Assembly: GCA_965233585.1 (NCBI GenBank)
Contig: CBDDTI010000313.1
Span: 1 to 46,499, forward strand
DNA length: 46,499 bases
Origin: a bacterium
GTDB taxonomy: Bacteria > SAR324 > NAC60-12
Direction: 5' to 3'
Below the pieces are notes generated by a model. It was not told the origin of the DNA. It saw only the letters and a list, made by a program, of their open reading frames with translations, and searched no databases. Shown in pieces: positions 1-12,695 of the stretch (positions are counted from its first letter, which is position 1; every line of letters begins with the position of its first letter). A program made the position numbers and the translations under genes.

Positions 1-193
1 ATTACAATGTATTAATTACAAATAGTTCTTGTGAAACTAGTTCAAAAATAAACAATGGCAACAACAACAGAACCAACTCAGCCCATCAAATGCATTTTTC
101 CACTGCCAGCTGTTGTCATGGCATGTGATGACACAAATCAGTCTGAGCTGAGATATTGCAAAGCATGCCTAAGTCTTTTGCTCAGGCTTCAAA

Positions 194-1476
194 TTAGTCA
201 AACTCCTCCTCAACATAGACCTCCACCATCTCAGAAGAATGCTGAGGCTCTTCAAGTCTTGCCTTCTTGGTGGCTGGACCACAATGTTCAGACTCAGCAC
301 TGGCAGCCTCAGAAGGAACTGCAGCTTCAGGCTGAGGAGGCTCAGAAACTTGATCTTCAGGAATTGGCTTCTGAGCATCTTTCTGCATTTTCTGATGCAG
401 CTCCAGCAAAGTCTGAGGGCTCAGACCAATAGCTGCCATGTGATGCAGAATATCCTGAGCCTGATCTTCTTTTAGCTTCCTCAGTTCCTCCTGAGCCTTT
501 GCCATCTCTTCTTCCTCCTGCTTCTCCTGAGCCACTCTAGCAACTCCAGCATCAACCCTTCCCTGAGCTTCAATGAATTCTTTCCTGAGCTCAGTCAAGA
601 CAGCTTGCTCCTTAGACATCTTCTCAGCATCTTGTAGGAGCATAGCCATAGTCTCATCCTGAGCTGCATAGGCTTTGTCAAGGAGCACAAGCCTCTCAGA
701 GATGAGGACTCCCAGTCTCTCCAAATCTGAGAGATCAGAACCCTCGATGTCCACACCCTTCAGCTGAGACATGGCATCTGCCATGCTGTTCTCAGGGTCA
801 ATAGTGGCAAGAATTGACTTGCAGTACCCCTTAGCAAAGAAAAGCTGGGCCTTCTCAGCATCTGCAGCCTCAAGTGACTGCTCAGGTGACTGAGAATGTT
901 CATCACCTTGAAGTTGCTGAGAAGAAGGATGCCCAGCAGGCTCAGCTGGCCTCTGCTTGTGCTGAAACTGAGCTGTCCCAAAAGATGCTGAGGTTAACCT
1001 CTGCCAAGGCAATGGGGCCATGTTGAGAATCATCTGGTAATACTGAGCAATGACTTTCTTAGGCCACCCATTGACATCCTGCAAGGTTCCAAAAGATGTG
1101 AAGAAAACTTTCAATCAGATATTAAACTTAGTAATTAATTAATTAATTAATCAATTCATTGATGAAGGCCATGCACCCATGCTCAGAGACACAAAGAACA
1201 AATGCATGCACACATGTTCAAACCCATGTCCTTGCAGTAAATGCACCCATTCTGAAATGGGATCCTGCTGAGTTTCACCTTAGCATTGCACCCAGGACAA
1301 GCAACATCAGGCTCTCCATGATAGCGAGGGTAGCTGATAACATGCTCAGGGTTTGATCCCTCACCAAAGAGGTCATCCACTGAGGGAAAGCTTTGAGGAG
1401 TGAGTTTGAGCTGAGCATGGCCACCTCTGATAGTATATTCCATGCCAAGTGGAACTGAGTCAGAGAGCTTTGCCAT
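194..1476 (-). CDS. Accessory gene A (spliced; exons 1476-1231 and 1078-194, ~376 aa): CxxC-x14-CxxC putative Zn-binding motif, coiled coil, basic NLS-like PATKKAR
   Basis: The 97-aa and 306-aa ORFs join in frame (CIYCK|DVNGWP) via an AAG|GA...pyrimidine tract TTGCAG|G intron at 1230-1079. GCC-ATG-GC start. Conserved in the 17.8 kb copy and in a diverged paralog. Confidence 0.7.
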
Positions 1477-1539
1477 GGCTCAGTTGCTGAGTTGCAGATG
1501 GCTGAGCTGGAAGGCAAAAAGTTGACTATGTGCTTGAGT

Positions 1540-1830
1540 TCACTCAGCAGCTGAGGAATCACACAAGCATGCCTTCCTGCACAAATTTGAGCACAAGTCC
1601 AAGACCATGGGCAAGCTGAGAACCAACCCCATACCCCCAGAACCAACCCTGAGTCCTCTGTCAGCATTGCCACCCTTCTGATGCTTCTCCTTCTCAGAGT
1701 CTTCCTTATCCTTCTTCTTCTTCTCAGTGTACTCCCTCAGGAATTCAATGGCCCACTCTATATCGAAGCCATTCTCTTCAATGAATCTGAGCACTCTTTC
1801 ATGAAACTCCTCAGGTGTCTCATCTGCCAT
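1540..1830 (-). CDS. Small acidic/basic hypothetical protein (MADETPEEF..., 96 aa as ORF; 3' part may be intronic)
   Basis: CTGAGCC-ATG-GC start; protein-like N-terminal ~60 aa; same protein at 34930-35220. Confidence 0.5.
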   Translation of the reverse strand: MADETPEEFHERVLRFIEENGFDIEWAIEFLREYTEKKKKDKEDSEKEKHQKGGNADRGLRVGSGGMGLVLSLPMVLDLCSNLCRKACLCDSSAAE

Positions 1831-1903
1831 GGCTCAGAAAGCTTCTTAAACTAGGAATTGAGCCCACACAAGCTGAGAAATGCACCCTTGCTGATGTGAA
1901 CAG

Positions 1904-4900
1904 CAATTTTTCAAGGAGATACCTCATGATTGGCTCAGTTACTCAATAATATGAATGTTTGGATGGTACTCTATTGTGCCCAACAGCTTCTTGGTGTTGA
2001 AAAAAATCAAAAAACCTTTCTCCACCTTTCTTTGAGTAAAGCTGGTCCATTTACTTTATAATATTTGTGATAAAGCTTTAAAATGCAAGGTTTTCCAAAT
2101 AATTAGATGCCTTATTAAACCCTTATTAAAAAACAGCACCCAAACAATTTTTCAAGGTGGTACCCCATGAGTGGCTGAGTTACTCAATAATATGAATGTT
2201 TGGATGGTACTCTATTGTGCCCAACAATTTTTGGGGTTGAAAAAAACAAAAACCTTTTCTCCACCTTTCTTTGAGTAAAGCTGGTCCATTTACTTTAGAA
2301 AGCAATATTTGTGATAAAGTTTTAAAATGCAAGGTTTTCCAAATAATTAGATGCCTTATTAAACCCTTATTAAAAAAACAGCATCCAGACAATTTTTCAA
2401 GGTGGTACCCCATGAGTGGCTGAGTTACTCAATAATATGAATGTTTGGATGGTACTCTATTGTTCCCAACAACTTTTTGGGTTGAAAAAAATAAAAACCC
2501 TTTCTCCACCTTTCTTTGAGTAAAGCTGGTCCATTTACTTTAGAAAGCCATATTTGTGTTAAAGCTTGAAGATCCAACCTTTTTCAAATAATTAGTTGTC
2601 TGAAAAAACCATGAATGGCTGAGTTACTCAATAATATGAATGTTTGGATGGTACTCTATTGTGCCCAACAATTTTTGGGGTTGAAAAAAAACAAAAAACC
2701 TTTCTCCACCTTTCTTTGAGTAAAGCTGGTCCATTTACTTTAGAAAGCAATATTTGTGATAAAGCTTTAAAATGCAAAGTTTTCCAAATAATTAGATGCC
2801 TTATTAAACCCTTATTAAAAAACAGCATCCAGACAATTTTTCAAGGTGGTACCCCATGAGTGGCTGAGTTACTCAATAATATGAATGTTTGGATGGTACT
2901 CTATTGTGCCCAACAACTTTTGGGGTTGAAAAAATAAAAACCCTTTCTCCACCTTTCTTTGAGTAAAGCTGGTCCATTTACTTTAGGAAACCATATTTGT
3001 GATAAAGCTTTAAAATGCAAGGTTTTCCAAATAATTAGATGCCTTATTAAACCCTTATTAAAAAACAGCACCCAAACAATTTTTCAAGGTGGTACCCTAT
3101 GAGTGGCTGAGTTACTCAATAATATGAATGTTTGGATGGTACCCTATTGTGCCCAACAAGTTTTGGGGTTGAAAAAAATCCAAAACCATTACTCAACCTT
3201 TCTTTGAGTAAAGCTGGTCCATTTACTTTAGAAAGCCATATTTGTGTTAAAGCTTGAAGATCCAACATTTTGCAAATAATTAGATGTCTGAAAAAACCAT
3301 GAATGGCTGAGTTACTCAATAATATGAATGTTTGGCTGGTGCTCTATTGTGCCCAACAATTTTTGGGGTTGAAAAAAAACAAAAACCCTTTCCCCACCTT
3401 TCTTTGAGTAAAGCTGGTCCATTTACTTTAGAAAGCACTATTTGTGATAAAGTTTTAAAATGCAAGGTTTTCCAAATAATTAGATGCCTTATTAAACCCT
3501 TATTAAAAAACAGCATCCAGACAATTTTTCAAGGTGGTACCCCATGAGTGGCTGAGTTACTCAATAATATGAATGTTTGGATGGTACTCTATTGTGCCCA
3601 ACAACTTTTTGGGTTGAAAAAAATCCAAAACCATTACTCAACCTTTCTTTGAGTAAAGCTGGTCCATTTACTTTAGAAAGCCATATTTGTGTTAAAGCTT
3701 GAAGATCCAACCTTTTCCAAATAATTAGATGTCTGAAAAAACCCTGAATGGCTGAGTTACTCAATAATATGAATGTTTGGATGGTACTCTATTGTGCCCA
3801 ACAATTTTTGGGGTTGAAAAAAAACAAAAACCCTTTCTCCACCTTTCTTTGAGTAAAGCTGGTCCATTTACTTTAGAAAGCAATATTTGTGATAAAGTTT
3901 TAAAATGCAAGGTTTTCCAAATAATTAGATGCCTTATTAAACCCTTATTAAAAAACAGCATCCAGACATTTTTTCAAGGTGGTACCCCATGAGTGGCTGA
4001 GTTACTCAATAATATGAATGTTTGGATGGTGCTCTATTGTGCCCAACAACTTTTTGGGTTGAAAAAAATAAAAACCCTTTCTCCACCTTTCTTTGAGTAA
4101 AGCTGGTCCATTTACTTTAGAAAGCCATATTTGTGTTAAAGCTTGAAGATCCAACCTTTTCCAAATAATTAGATGTCTGAAAAAACCATGAATGGCTGAG
4201 TTACTCAATAATATGAATGTTTGGATGGTACTCTATTGTGCCCAACAATTTTTGGGGTTGAAAAAAAAACAAAAACCCTTTCTCCACCTTTCTTTGAATA
4301 AAGCTGGTCCATTTACTTTGGAAAGCAATATTTGTGATAAAGCTTTAAAATGCAAGGTTTTCCCAAATAATTAGATGCCTTATTAAACCCTTATTTAAAA
4401 ACAGCACCCAAACAATTTTTCAAGGAGATACCTCACGATTGGCTCAGTTACTCAATAATATGAATGTTTGGATGGTACTCTATTGTGCCCAACAGCTTCT
4501 TGGTGTTAAAAAAAAATCAAAAAACCTTTCTCCACCTTTCTTTGAGTAAAGCTGGTCCATTTACTTTATAATATTTGTGATAAAGCTTTAAAATGCAAGG
4601 TTTTCCAAATAATTAGATGCCTTATTAAACCCTTATTAAAAAACAGCACCCAAACAATTTTTCAAGGTGGTGCCCCATGAGTGGCTGAGTTACTCAATAA
4701 TATGAATGTTTGGATGGTACTCTATTGTGCCCAACAATTTTTGGGGTTGAAAAAAAACAAAAACCTTTTCTCCACCTTTCTTTGAGTAAAGCTGGTCCAT
4801 TTACTTTAGAAAGCAATATTTGTGATAAAGTTTTAAAATGCAAGGTTTTCCAAATAATTAGATGCCTTATTAAACCCTTATTAAAAAACAGCATCCAGAC

Positions 4901-7900
4901 AATTTTTCAAGGTGGTACCTCATGAGTGGCTGAGTTACTCAATAATATGAATGTTTGGATGGTACTCTATTGTTCCCAACAACTTTTTGGGTTGAAAAAA
5001 ATAAAAACCCTTTCTCCACCTTTCTTTGAGTAAAGCTGGTCCATTTACTTTAGAAAGCCATATTTGTGTTAAAGCTTGAAGATCCAACCTTTTCCAAATA
5101 ATTAGTTGTCTGAAAAAACCTTGAATGGCTGAGTTACTCAATAATATGAATGTTTGGATGGTACTCTATTGTGCCCAACAATTTTTGGGGTTGAAAAAAA
5201 ACAAAAAACCTTTCTCCACCTTTCTTTGAGTAAAGCTGGTCCATTTACTTTAGAAAGCAATATTTGTGATAAAGCTTTAAAATGCAAGGTTTTCCAAATA
5301 ATTAGATGCCTTATTAAACCCTTATTAAAAAACAGCATCCAGACAATTTTTCAAGGTGGTACCCCATGAGTGGCTGAGTTACTCAATAATATGAATGTTT
5401 GGATGGTACTCTATTGTGCCCAACAACTTTTGGGGTTGAAAAAAATAAAAACCCTTTCTCCACCTTTCTTTGAGTAAAGCTGGTCCATTTACTTTAGAAA
5501 GCCATATTTGTGTTAAAGCTTGAAGATCCAACCTTTTCCAAATAATTAGATGTCTGAAAAAACCATGAATGGCTGAGTTACTCAATAATATGAATGTTTG
5601 GATGGTACTCTATTGTGCCCAACAATTTTTGGGGTTGAAAAAATAAAAACCCTTTCTCCACCTTTCTTTGAGTAAAGCTGGTCCATTTACTTTAGGAAAC
5701 CATATTTGTGATAAAGCTTTAAAATGCAAGGTTTTCCAAATAATTAGATGCCTTATTAAACCCTTATTAAAAAAAACAGCACCCAAACAATTTTTCAAGG
5801 TGGTACCCCATGAGTGGCTGAGTTACTCAATAATATGAATGTTTGGATGGTACCCTATTGTGCCCAACAAGTTTTGGGGTTGAAAAAAATCCAAAACCAT
5901 TACTCAACCTTTCTTTGAGTAAAGCTGGTCCATTTACTTTAGAAAGCCATATTTGTGTTAAAGCTTGAAGATCCAACCTTTTGCAAATAATTAGATGTCT
6001 GAAAAAACCATGAATGGCTGAGTTACTCAATAATATGAATGTTTGGATGGTGCTCTATTGTGCCCAACAATTTTTGGGGTTGAAAAAAAACAAAAACCAT
6101 TTCCCCACCTTTCTTTGAGTAAAGCTGGTCCATTTACTTTAGAAAGCAATATTTGTGATAAAGTTTTAAAATGCAAGGTTTTCCAAATAATTAGATGCCT
6201 TATTAAACCCTTATTAAAAAACAGCATCCAGACAATTTTTCAAGGTGGTACCCCATGAGTGGCTGAGTTACTCAATAATATGAATGTTTGGATGGTACTC
6301 TATTGTGCCCAACAACTTTTTGGGTTGAAAAAAATCCAAAACCATTACTCAACCTTTCTTTGAGTAAAGCTGGTCCATTTACTTTAGAAAGCCATATTTG
6401 TGTTAAAGCTTGAAGATCCAACCTTTTCCAAATAATTAGATGTCTGAAAAAACCATGAATGGCTGAGTTACTCAATAATATGAATGTTTGGATGGTACTC
6501 TATTGTGCCCAACAATTTTTGGGGTTGAAAAAAAAACAAAAACCCTTTCTCCACCTTTCTTTGAGTAAAGCTGGTCCATTTACTTTAGAAAGCAATATTT
6601 GTGATAAAGTTTTAAAACGCATGGTTTTCCAAATAATTAGATGCCTTATTAAACCCTTATTAAAAAACAGCATCCAGACAATTTTTCAAGGTGGTACCCC
6701 ATGAGTGGCTGAGTTACTCAATAATATGAATGTTTGGATGGTACTCTATTGTGCACAACAACTTTTGGGGTTGAAACAAATAAAAATCCTTTCTCCACCT
6801 TTCTTTGAGTAAAGCTGGTCCATTTACTTTAGGAAACCATATTTGTATTAAAGCTTTAAAATGCAAGGTTTTCCAAATAATTAGATGCCTTATTAAACCC
6901 TTATTAAAAAACAGCACCCAAACAATTTTTCAAGGTGGTACCCCATGAGTGGCTGAGTTACTCAATAATATGAGTGTTTGGATGGCACCCTATTGTGCCC
7001 AACAGCTTTTGGGGTTGAAAAAAATCCAAAACCATTTCTCCACCTTTCTTTGAGTAAAGCTGGTCCATTTACTTTAGAAAGCCATATTTGTGCTAAAGCT
7101 TGAAGATCCAACCTTGTCCAAATAACTAGATGTCTGAAAAAACCATGAATGGCTGAGTTACTCAATAATATGAATGTTTGGATGGTACTCTATTGTGCCC
7201 AACAATTTTTGGGGTTGAAAAAAAAAAACAAAAACCCTTTCTCCACCTTTCTTTGAATAAAGCTGGTCCATTTACTTTAGAAAGCAATATTTGTGATAAA
7301 GCTTTAAAATGCAAGGTTTTCCAAATAATTAGATGCCTTATTAAACCCTTATTTAAAAACAGCACCCAAACAATTTTTCAAGGTGGTACCCCATGAGTGG
7401 CTGAGTTACTCAATAATATGAATGTTTGGATGGTACTCTATTGTGCCCAACAACTGTTGGGGTTGAAAAAAATAAAAATCCTTTCTCCACCTTTCTTTGA
7501 GTAAAGCTGGTCCATTTCCTTTAGGAAACCATATTTGTATTAAAGCTTTAAAATGCAAGGTTTTCCAAATAATTAGATGCCTTATTAAACCCTTATTAAA
7601 AAACAGCATCCAGACAATTTTTCAAGGTGGTACCCCATGAGTGGCTGAGTTACTCAATAATATGAATGTTTGGATGGTACTCTATTGTTCCCAACAACTT
7701 TTTGGGTTGAAAAAAATAAAAACCCTTTCTCCACCTTTCTTTGAGTAAAGCTGGTCCATTTACTTTAGAAAGCCATATTTGTGTTAAAGCTTGAAGATCC
7801 AACCTTTTCCAAATAATTAGTTGTCTGAAAAAACATGAATGGCTGAGTTACTCAATAATATGAATGTTTGGATGGTACTCTATTGTGCCCAACAATTTTT

Positions 7901-10900
7901 GGGGTTGAAAAAAACAAAAAACCTTTCTCCACCTTTCTTTGAGTAAAGCTGGTCCATTTACTTTAGAAAGCAATATTTGTGATAAAGCTTTAAAATGCAA
8001 GGTTTTCCAAATAATTAGATGCCTTATTAAACCCTTATTAAAAAACAGCATCCAGACAATTTTTCAAGGTGGTACCCCATGAGTGGCTGAGTTACTCAAT
8101 AATATGAATGTTTGGATGGTACTCTATTGTGCCCAACAACTTTTGGGGTTGAAAAAAACAAAAACCCTTTCTCCACCTTTCCTTTACTAAAGCTGATCCA
8201 TTTGTTTTAGAAATAGATATTTGTGTTAAAGCTGTAAAATGCAAGGTTTTCCAAATAATTAGATGCCTTATTAAACCCTTATTTAAAAACAGCACCCAAG
8301 CAATTTTTCAAGGTGGTACCCCATGAGTGGCTGAGTTACTCAATAATATGAATGTTTGGATGGTACCCTATTGTGCCCAACAACTTTTTGGGGTTGAAAA
8401 AAATCCAAAACCATTACTCAACCTTTCTTTGAGTAAAGCTGGTCCATTTACTTTAGGAAACCATATTTGTGATAAAGCTTGAAGATCCAACCTTTTCCAA
8501 ATAATTAGATGTCTGAAAAAACCATGAATGGCTGAGTTACTCAATAATATGAATGTTTGGATGGTACTCTATTGTGCCCAACAATTTTTGGGGTTGAAAA
8601 AAAACAAAAACCCTTTCTCCACCTTTCTTTGAGTAAAGCTGGTCCATTTACTTTAGAAAGCAATATTTGTGATAAAGTTTTAAAATGCAAGGTTTTCCAA
8701 ATAATTAGATGCCTTATTAAACCCTTATTAAAAAACAGCATCCAGACAATTTTTCAAGGTGGTACCCCATGAGTGGCTGAGTTACTCAATAATATGAATG
8801 TTTGGATGGTACTCTATTGTGCCCAACAACTTTTTGGGTTGAAAAAAATCCAAAACCATTACTCAACCTTTCTTTGAGTAAAGCTGGTCCATTTACTTTA
8901 GAAAGCCATATTTGTGTTAAAGCTTGAAGATCCAACCTTTTCCAAATAATTAGATGTCTGAAAAAACCATGAATGGCTGAGTTACTCAATAATATGAATG
9001 TTTGGATGGTGCTCTATTGTGCCCAACATTTTTTGGGGTTGAAAAAAAACAAAAACCCTTTCTCCACCTTTCTTTGAGTAAAGCTGGTCCATTTACTTTA
9101 GAAAGCAATATTTGTGATAAAGTTTTAAAATGCAAGGTTTTCCAAATAATTAGATGCCTTATTAAACCCTTATTAAAAAACAGCATCCAGACAATTTTTC
9201 AAGGTGGTACCCCATGAGTGGCTGAGTTACTCAATAATATGAATGTTTGGATGGTACTCTATTGTGCCCAACAACTTTTTGGGTTGAAAAAAATAAAAAC
9301 CCTTTCTCCACCGTTCTTTGAGTAAAGCTGGTCCATTTACTTTAGAAAGCCATATTTGTGTTGAAGCTTGAAGATCCAACCTTTTCCAAATAATTAGATG
9401 TCTGAAAAAACCATGAATGGCTGAGTTACTCAATAATATGAATGTTTGGATGGTACTCTATTGTGCCCAACAACTTTTTTGGGGTTGAAAAAAATAAAAA
9501 ACCTTCTCCACCTTTCTTTGAGTAAAGCTGGTCCATTTACTTTAGAAAGCCATATTTGTGTTAAATCTAAATGCAAGGTTTTCCAAATAATTAGATGCCT
9601 TATTAAACCCTTATTAAAAAAACAGCATCCAGACAATTTTTCAAGATGGTACCCCATGAGTGGCTGAGTTACTCAATAGTATGAATGTTTGGATGGTACT
9701 CTATTGTGCCCAACAACTTTGGGTGTTGAAAAAAACAAAAACCCTTTCTCCACCTTTCCTTTAGTAAAGCTGGTCCATTTACTTTAGGAAACCATATTTG
9801 TGATAAAGTTCTAAAACTCTAAAATGCAAGGTTTTCCAAATAATTAGATGCCTTATTAAACCCTTATTAAAAAACAGCACCCAAACAATTTTTCAAGGTG
9901 GTACCCCATGAGTGGCTGAGTTACTCAATAGTATGAATGTTTGGATGGTACTCTATTGTGCCCAACAACTTTGGGTGTTGAAAAAAAACAAAAACCCTTT
10001 CCCCACCTTTCCTTTAGTAAAGCTGGTCCATTTACTTTAGGAAACCATATTTGTGATAAAGTTCTAAAACTCTAAAATGCAAGGTTTTCCAAATAATTAG
10101 ATGCCTTATTAAACCCTTATTAAAAAAACAGCACCCAAACAATTTTTCAAGGTGGTACCCCATGAGTGGCTGAGCTACTCAATAATATGAATGTTTGGAT
10201 GGTACTCTATTGTGCCCAACAACTTTGGGTGTTGAAAAAAACAAAACCCTTTTCTCCACCTTTCTTTGAGTAAAGCTGGTCCATTTACTTTAGGAAACCA
10301 TATTTGTGATAAAGTTCTAAAACTCTAAAATGCAAGGTTTTCCAAATAATTAGATGCCTTATTAAACCCTTTTTAAAAAACAGCACCCAAACAATTTTTC
10401 AAGGTGGTACCCCATGAGTGGCTGAGTTACTCAATAATATGAATGTTTGGATGGTACTCTATTGTGCCCAACAACTTTGGGTGTTGAAAAAAACAAAAAC
10501 CCTTTCTCCACCTTTCCTTTAGTAAAGCTGGTCCATTTACTTTAGGAAACCATATTTGTGATAAAGTTCTAAAACTCTAAAATGCAAGGTTTTCCAAATA
10601 ATTAGATGCCTTATTAAACCCTTATTAAAAAACAGCACCCAAACAATTTTTCAAGGTGGTACCCCATGAGTGGCTGAGTTACTCAATAGTATGAATGTTT
10701 GGATGGTACTCTATTGTGCCCAACAACTTTGGGTGTTGAAAAAAAACAAAAACCCTTTCCCCACCTTTCCTTTAGTAAAGCTGGTCCATTTACTTTAGGA
10801 AACCATATTTGTGATAAAGTTCTAAAACTCTAAAATGCAAGGTTTTCCAAATAATTAGATGCCTTATTAAACCCTTATTAAAAAAACAGCACCCAAACAA

Positions 10901-11515
10901 TTTTTCAAGGTGGTACCCCATGAGTGGCTGAGCTACTCAATAATATGAATGTTTGGATGGTACTCTATTGTGCCCAACAACTTTGGGTGTTGAGAAAAAC
11001 AAAACCCTTTTCTCCACCTTTCTTTGAGTAAAGCTGGTCCATTTACTTTAGGAAACCATATTTGTGATAAAGTTCTAAAACTCTAAAATGCAAGGTTTTC
11101 CAAATAATTAGATGCCTTATTAAACCTTTTTTAAAAAACAGCACCCAAACAATTTTTCAAGGTGGTACCCCATGAGTGGCTGAGGTACTCAATAATATGA
11201 ATGTTTGGATGGTACTCTATTGTGCCCAACAACTTTGGGTGTTGAAAAAAACAAAAACCCTTTCTCCACCTTTCCTTTACTAAAGCTGATCCATTTGTTT
11301 TAGAAATAGATATTTGTGTTAAAGCTGTAAAATGCAAGGTTTTCCAAATAATTAGATGCCTTATTAAACCATTATTAAAAAACAGCACCCAAACAATTTT
11401 TCCAGGTGGTACTCCATGAGTGGCTGAGTTACTCAATAATATGAATGTTTGGATGGTACTCTATTGTGCCCAACAACTTTTAGGAGTGAAAAAAATATTT
11501 CTCCACCTTTCTTTG
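1904..11515. repeat. Satellite array S1, ~42 monomers: alternating ~245-bp and ~200-bp types (1.9-9.4 kb), then ~252-254-bp type (9.67-11.2 kb)
   Basis: Anchor GGCTGAGTTACTCAATAATATGAATGTTTGGATGG recurs at 1939, 2180, 2425, 2624, 2869, 3112, 3312 ... 11429. Confidence 0.97.
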
Positions 11516-11694
11516 GGCAAAGGCTCCAGGATGTCTGAGATGTCCAAGCTCTCAAGGACATTGAGTTCCTCAGCCTTGTGGTGGAGAGCTTTCTGCCTGC
11601 TGAGAGCTCCTTTGAAGTAAAGAACTGCTGAGCTGTAGTAATTCTGAGCCATTGCACCAAGCTTGTCCTCAAAGGATTTGCTGAGCTTCTTCAT
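11461..11694 (-). CDS. Hypothetical 77-aa ORF or terminal exon whose 3' end overlaps the last satellite monomer
   Basis: Open ORF, conserved at 27318-27551; shares SR..L..KA..LNVL.S.D.SD..EP motif with the 125-aa ORF. Confidence 0.5.
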   Translation of the reverse strand: MKKLSKSFEDKLGAMAQNYYSSAVLYFKGALSRQKALHHKAEELNVLESLDISDILEPLPKERWRNIFFTPKSCWAQ

Positions 11695-12317
11695 CTCCTA
11701 GCTGGTTCAATGAAAGATCCCAAAAGATATAAACATAATTTAACTATATAATGAATTGTATAATGAGTTTACCTCAAGCAGCTCAGATGCACAAAATTAT
11801 ACTCAAGTGCCAACAAGCTTCATCCCTGAGCAGCTGCATCTTAGTGACCAGAGCACTCAAGTTACTGAGCGGCTTCAAAAGGATGCTCAGGGTGAAGAGG
11901 AGCAAAGAAGTGAATGCAAGCCATCCCTGAGTTTTGCAACATTGCATTCATGTTACAAGAGGCACATTTACCTACATAATAAAAAAAATGTTGATAAAAT
12001 AGAACATTGAAAACATGAAAATAGACAACACTAAGCTGTGCCTAAGGTCAAGTTCAGCTGAGGAAAAAATGAGATTGAGGTCCTTCAGCCTCACTGCCAG
12101 GTCAATAGCATTGCAACCTCAAGTGCAGGTTTGGTGCAAAACAAAAAATACACTAAGAAAAGAGCTAGTTGCCTAATTGATTAATTAATAAGTAATTAAT
12201 TAATCAATTAATTACATCAAATAATTACTAACTAATTAATTAATTACAGATGTTGAATACTGAGGCAGACTCTTTTTTCAAAAACGCTGCTCAGGTAAGC
12301 TGAGCTATTGTATTGTC

Positions 12318-12695
12318 TCAGCACTCATTCTGAGCCTGTAGATCACTGAGGTGCCATTGCACCTCAGTTTCAGTGTTCCACTGAGAAAGTAGGTCAGGCT
12401 CAGCCACATCTGAGAGGTCTATGCTGCTAAGCACATTGAGCCTCCCAGCCTTGGTTCTGAGTCCTGATTCCCTGCTAGAAGCACTGAGCCAATGGTGCTT
12501 AGCACAGCTGAAAGGATGTGCTGAGTCCACCACCTCTTCCATGCTTTTCTCAGTGTGGGCCCAAAGTCCTCTTAGCTCAGGTCGCTGAGTGTTCTCCACC
12601 ACCAGTGTCTCCTGCCTGAGCTCTTCCTCTGAGGCAGTCCTGCTGTAGAGTGCCTGAGCTGGCTGAAAAGGTTTCAAGAAACCAACAGACCTCAA
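12318..12695 (-). CDS. Hypothetical protein (125 aa; probably a downstream exon of the 12692-13210 ORF)
   Basis: Open in three copies; preceded by a T-rich stretch ending TTGAG|G that resembles a splice acceptor. Confidence 0.5.
   Translation of the reverse strand: MRSVGFLKPFQPAQALYSRTASEEELRQETLVVENTQRPELRGLWAHTEKSMEEVVDSAHPFSCAKHHWLSASSRESGLRTKAGRLNVLSSIDLSDVAEPDLLSQWNTETEVQWHLSDLQAQNEC

Noticed and set aside
55..475. Plus-strand ORFs (125 aa, 78 aa; also 65, 84, 130 aa elsewhere) and alternative-frame minus ORFs
   Set aside because: Antisense or shadow frames of better-supported minus-strand genes, with no motifs
1084..1114. TTG start MKVFFTSFGTLQ of the 306-aa and 267-aa ORFs
   Set aside because: This stretch is the polypyrimidine tract and acceptor of the predicted intron
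1130..1152. TTAA runs as piggyBac insertion sites
   Set aside because: No piggyBac transposase or TIR adjacent; the runs behave as simple microsatellites
2222..2240. AATTTTTGG as an Sm site / snRNA or spliced-leader RNA array
   Set aside because: Motif varies between monomers; no dinoflagellate SL (CCGTAGCCATTTTGGCTCAAG), 5S or snRNA sequence was seen
2180..9667. Dozens of 60-80-aa ORFs (MLFFNKG..., MSNSAIH..., MDGTLLC...) as functional genes
   Set aside because: By-products of the satellite; frames change with homopolymer length and most use non-ATG starts. Only a possible ancestral coding origin is retained.
1904..11515. CRISPR-like or guide array
   Set aside because: Monomers are similar along their whole length; there are no unique spacers and no Cas, TnpB or Fanzor-like ORF
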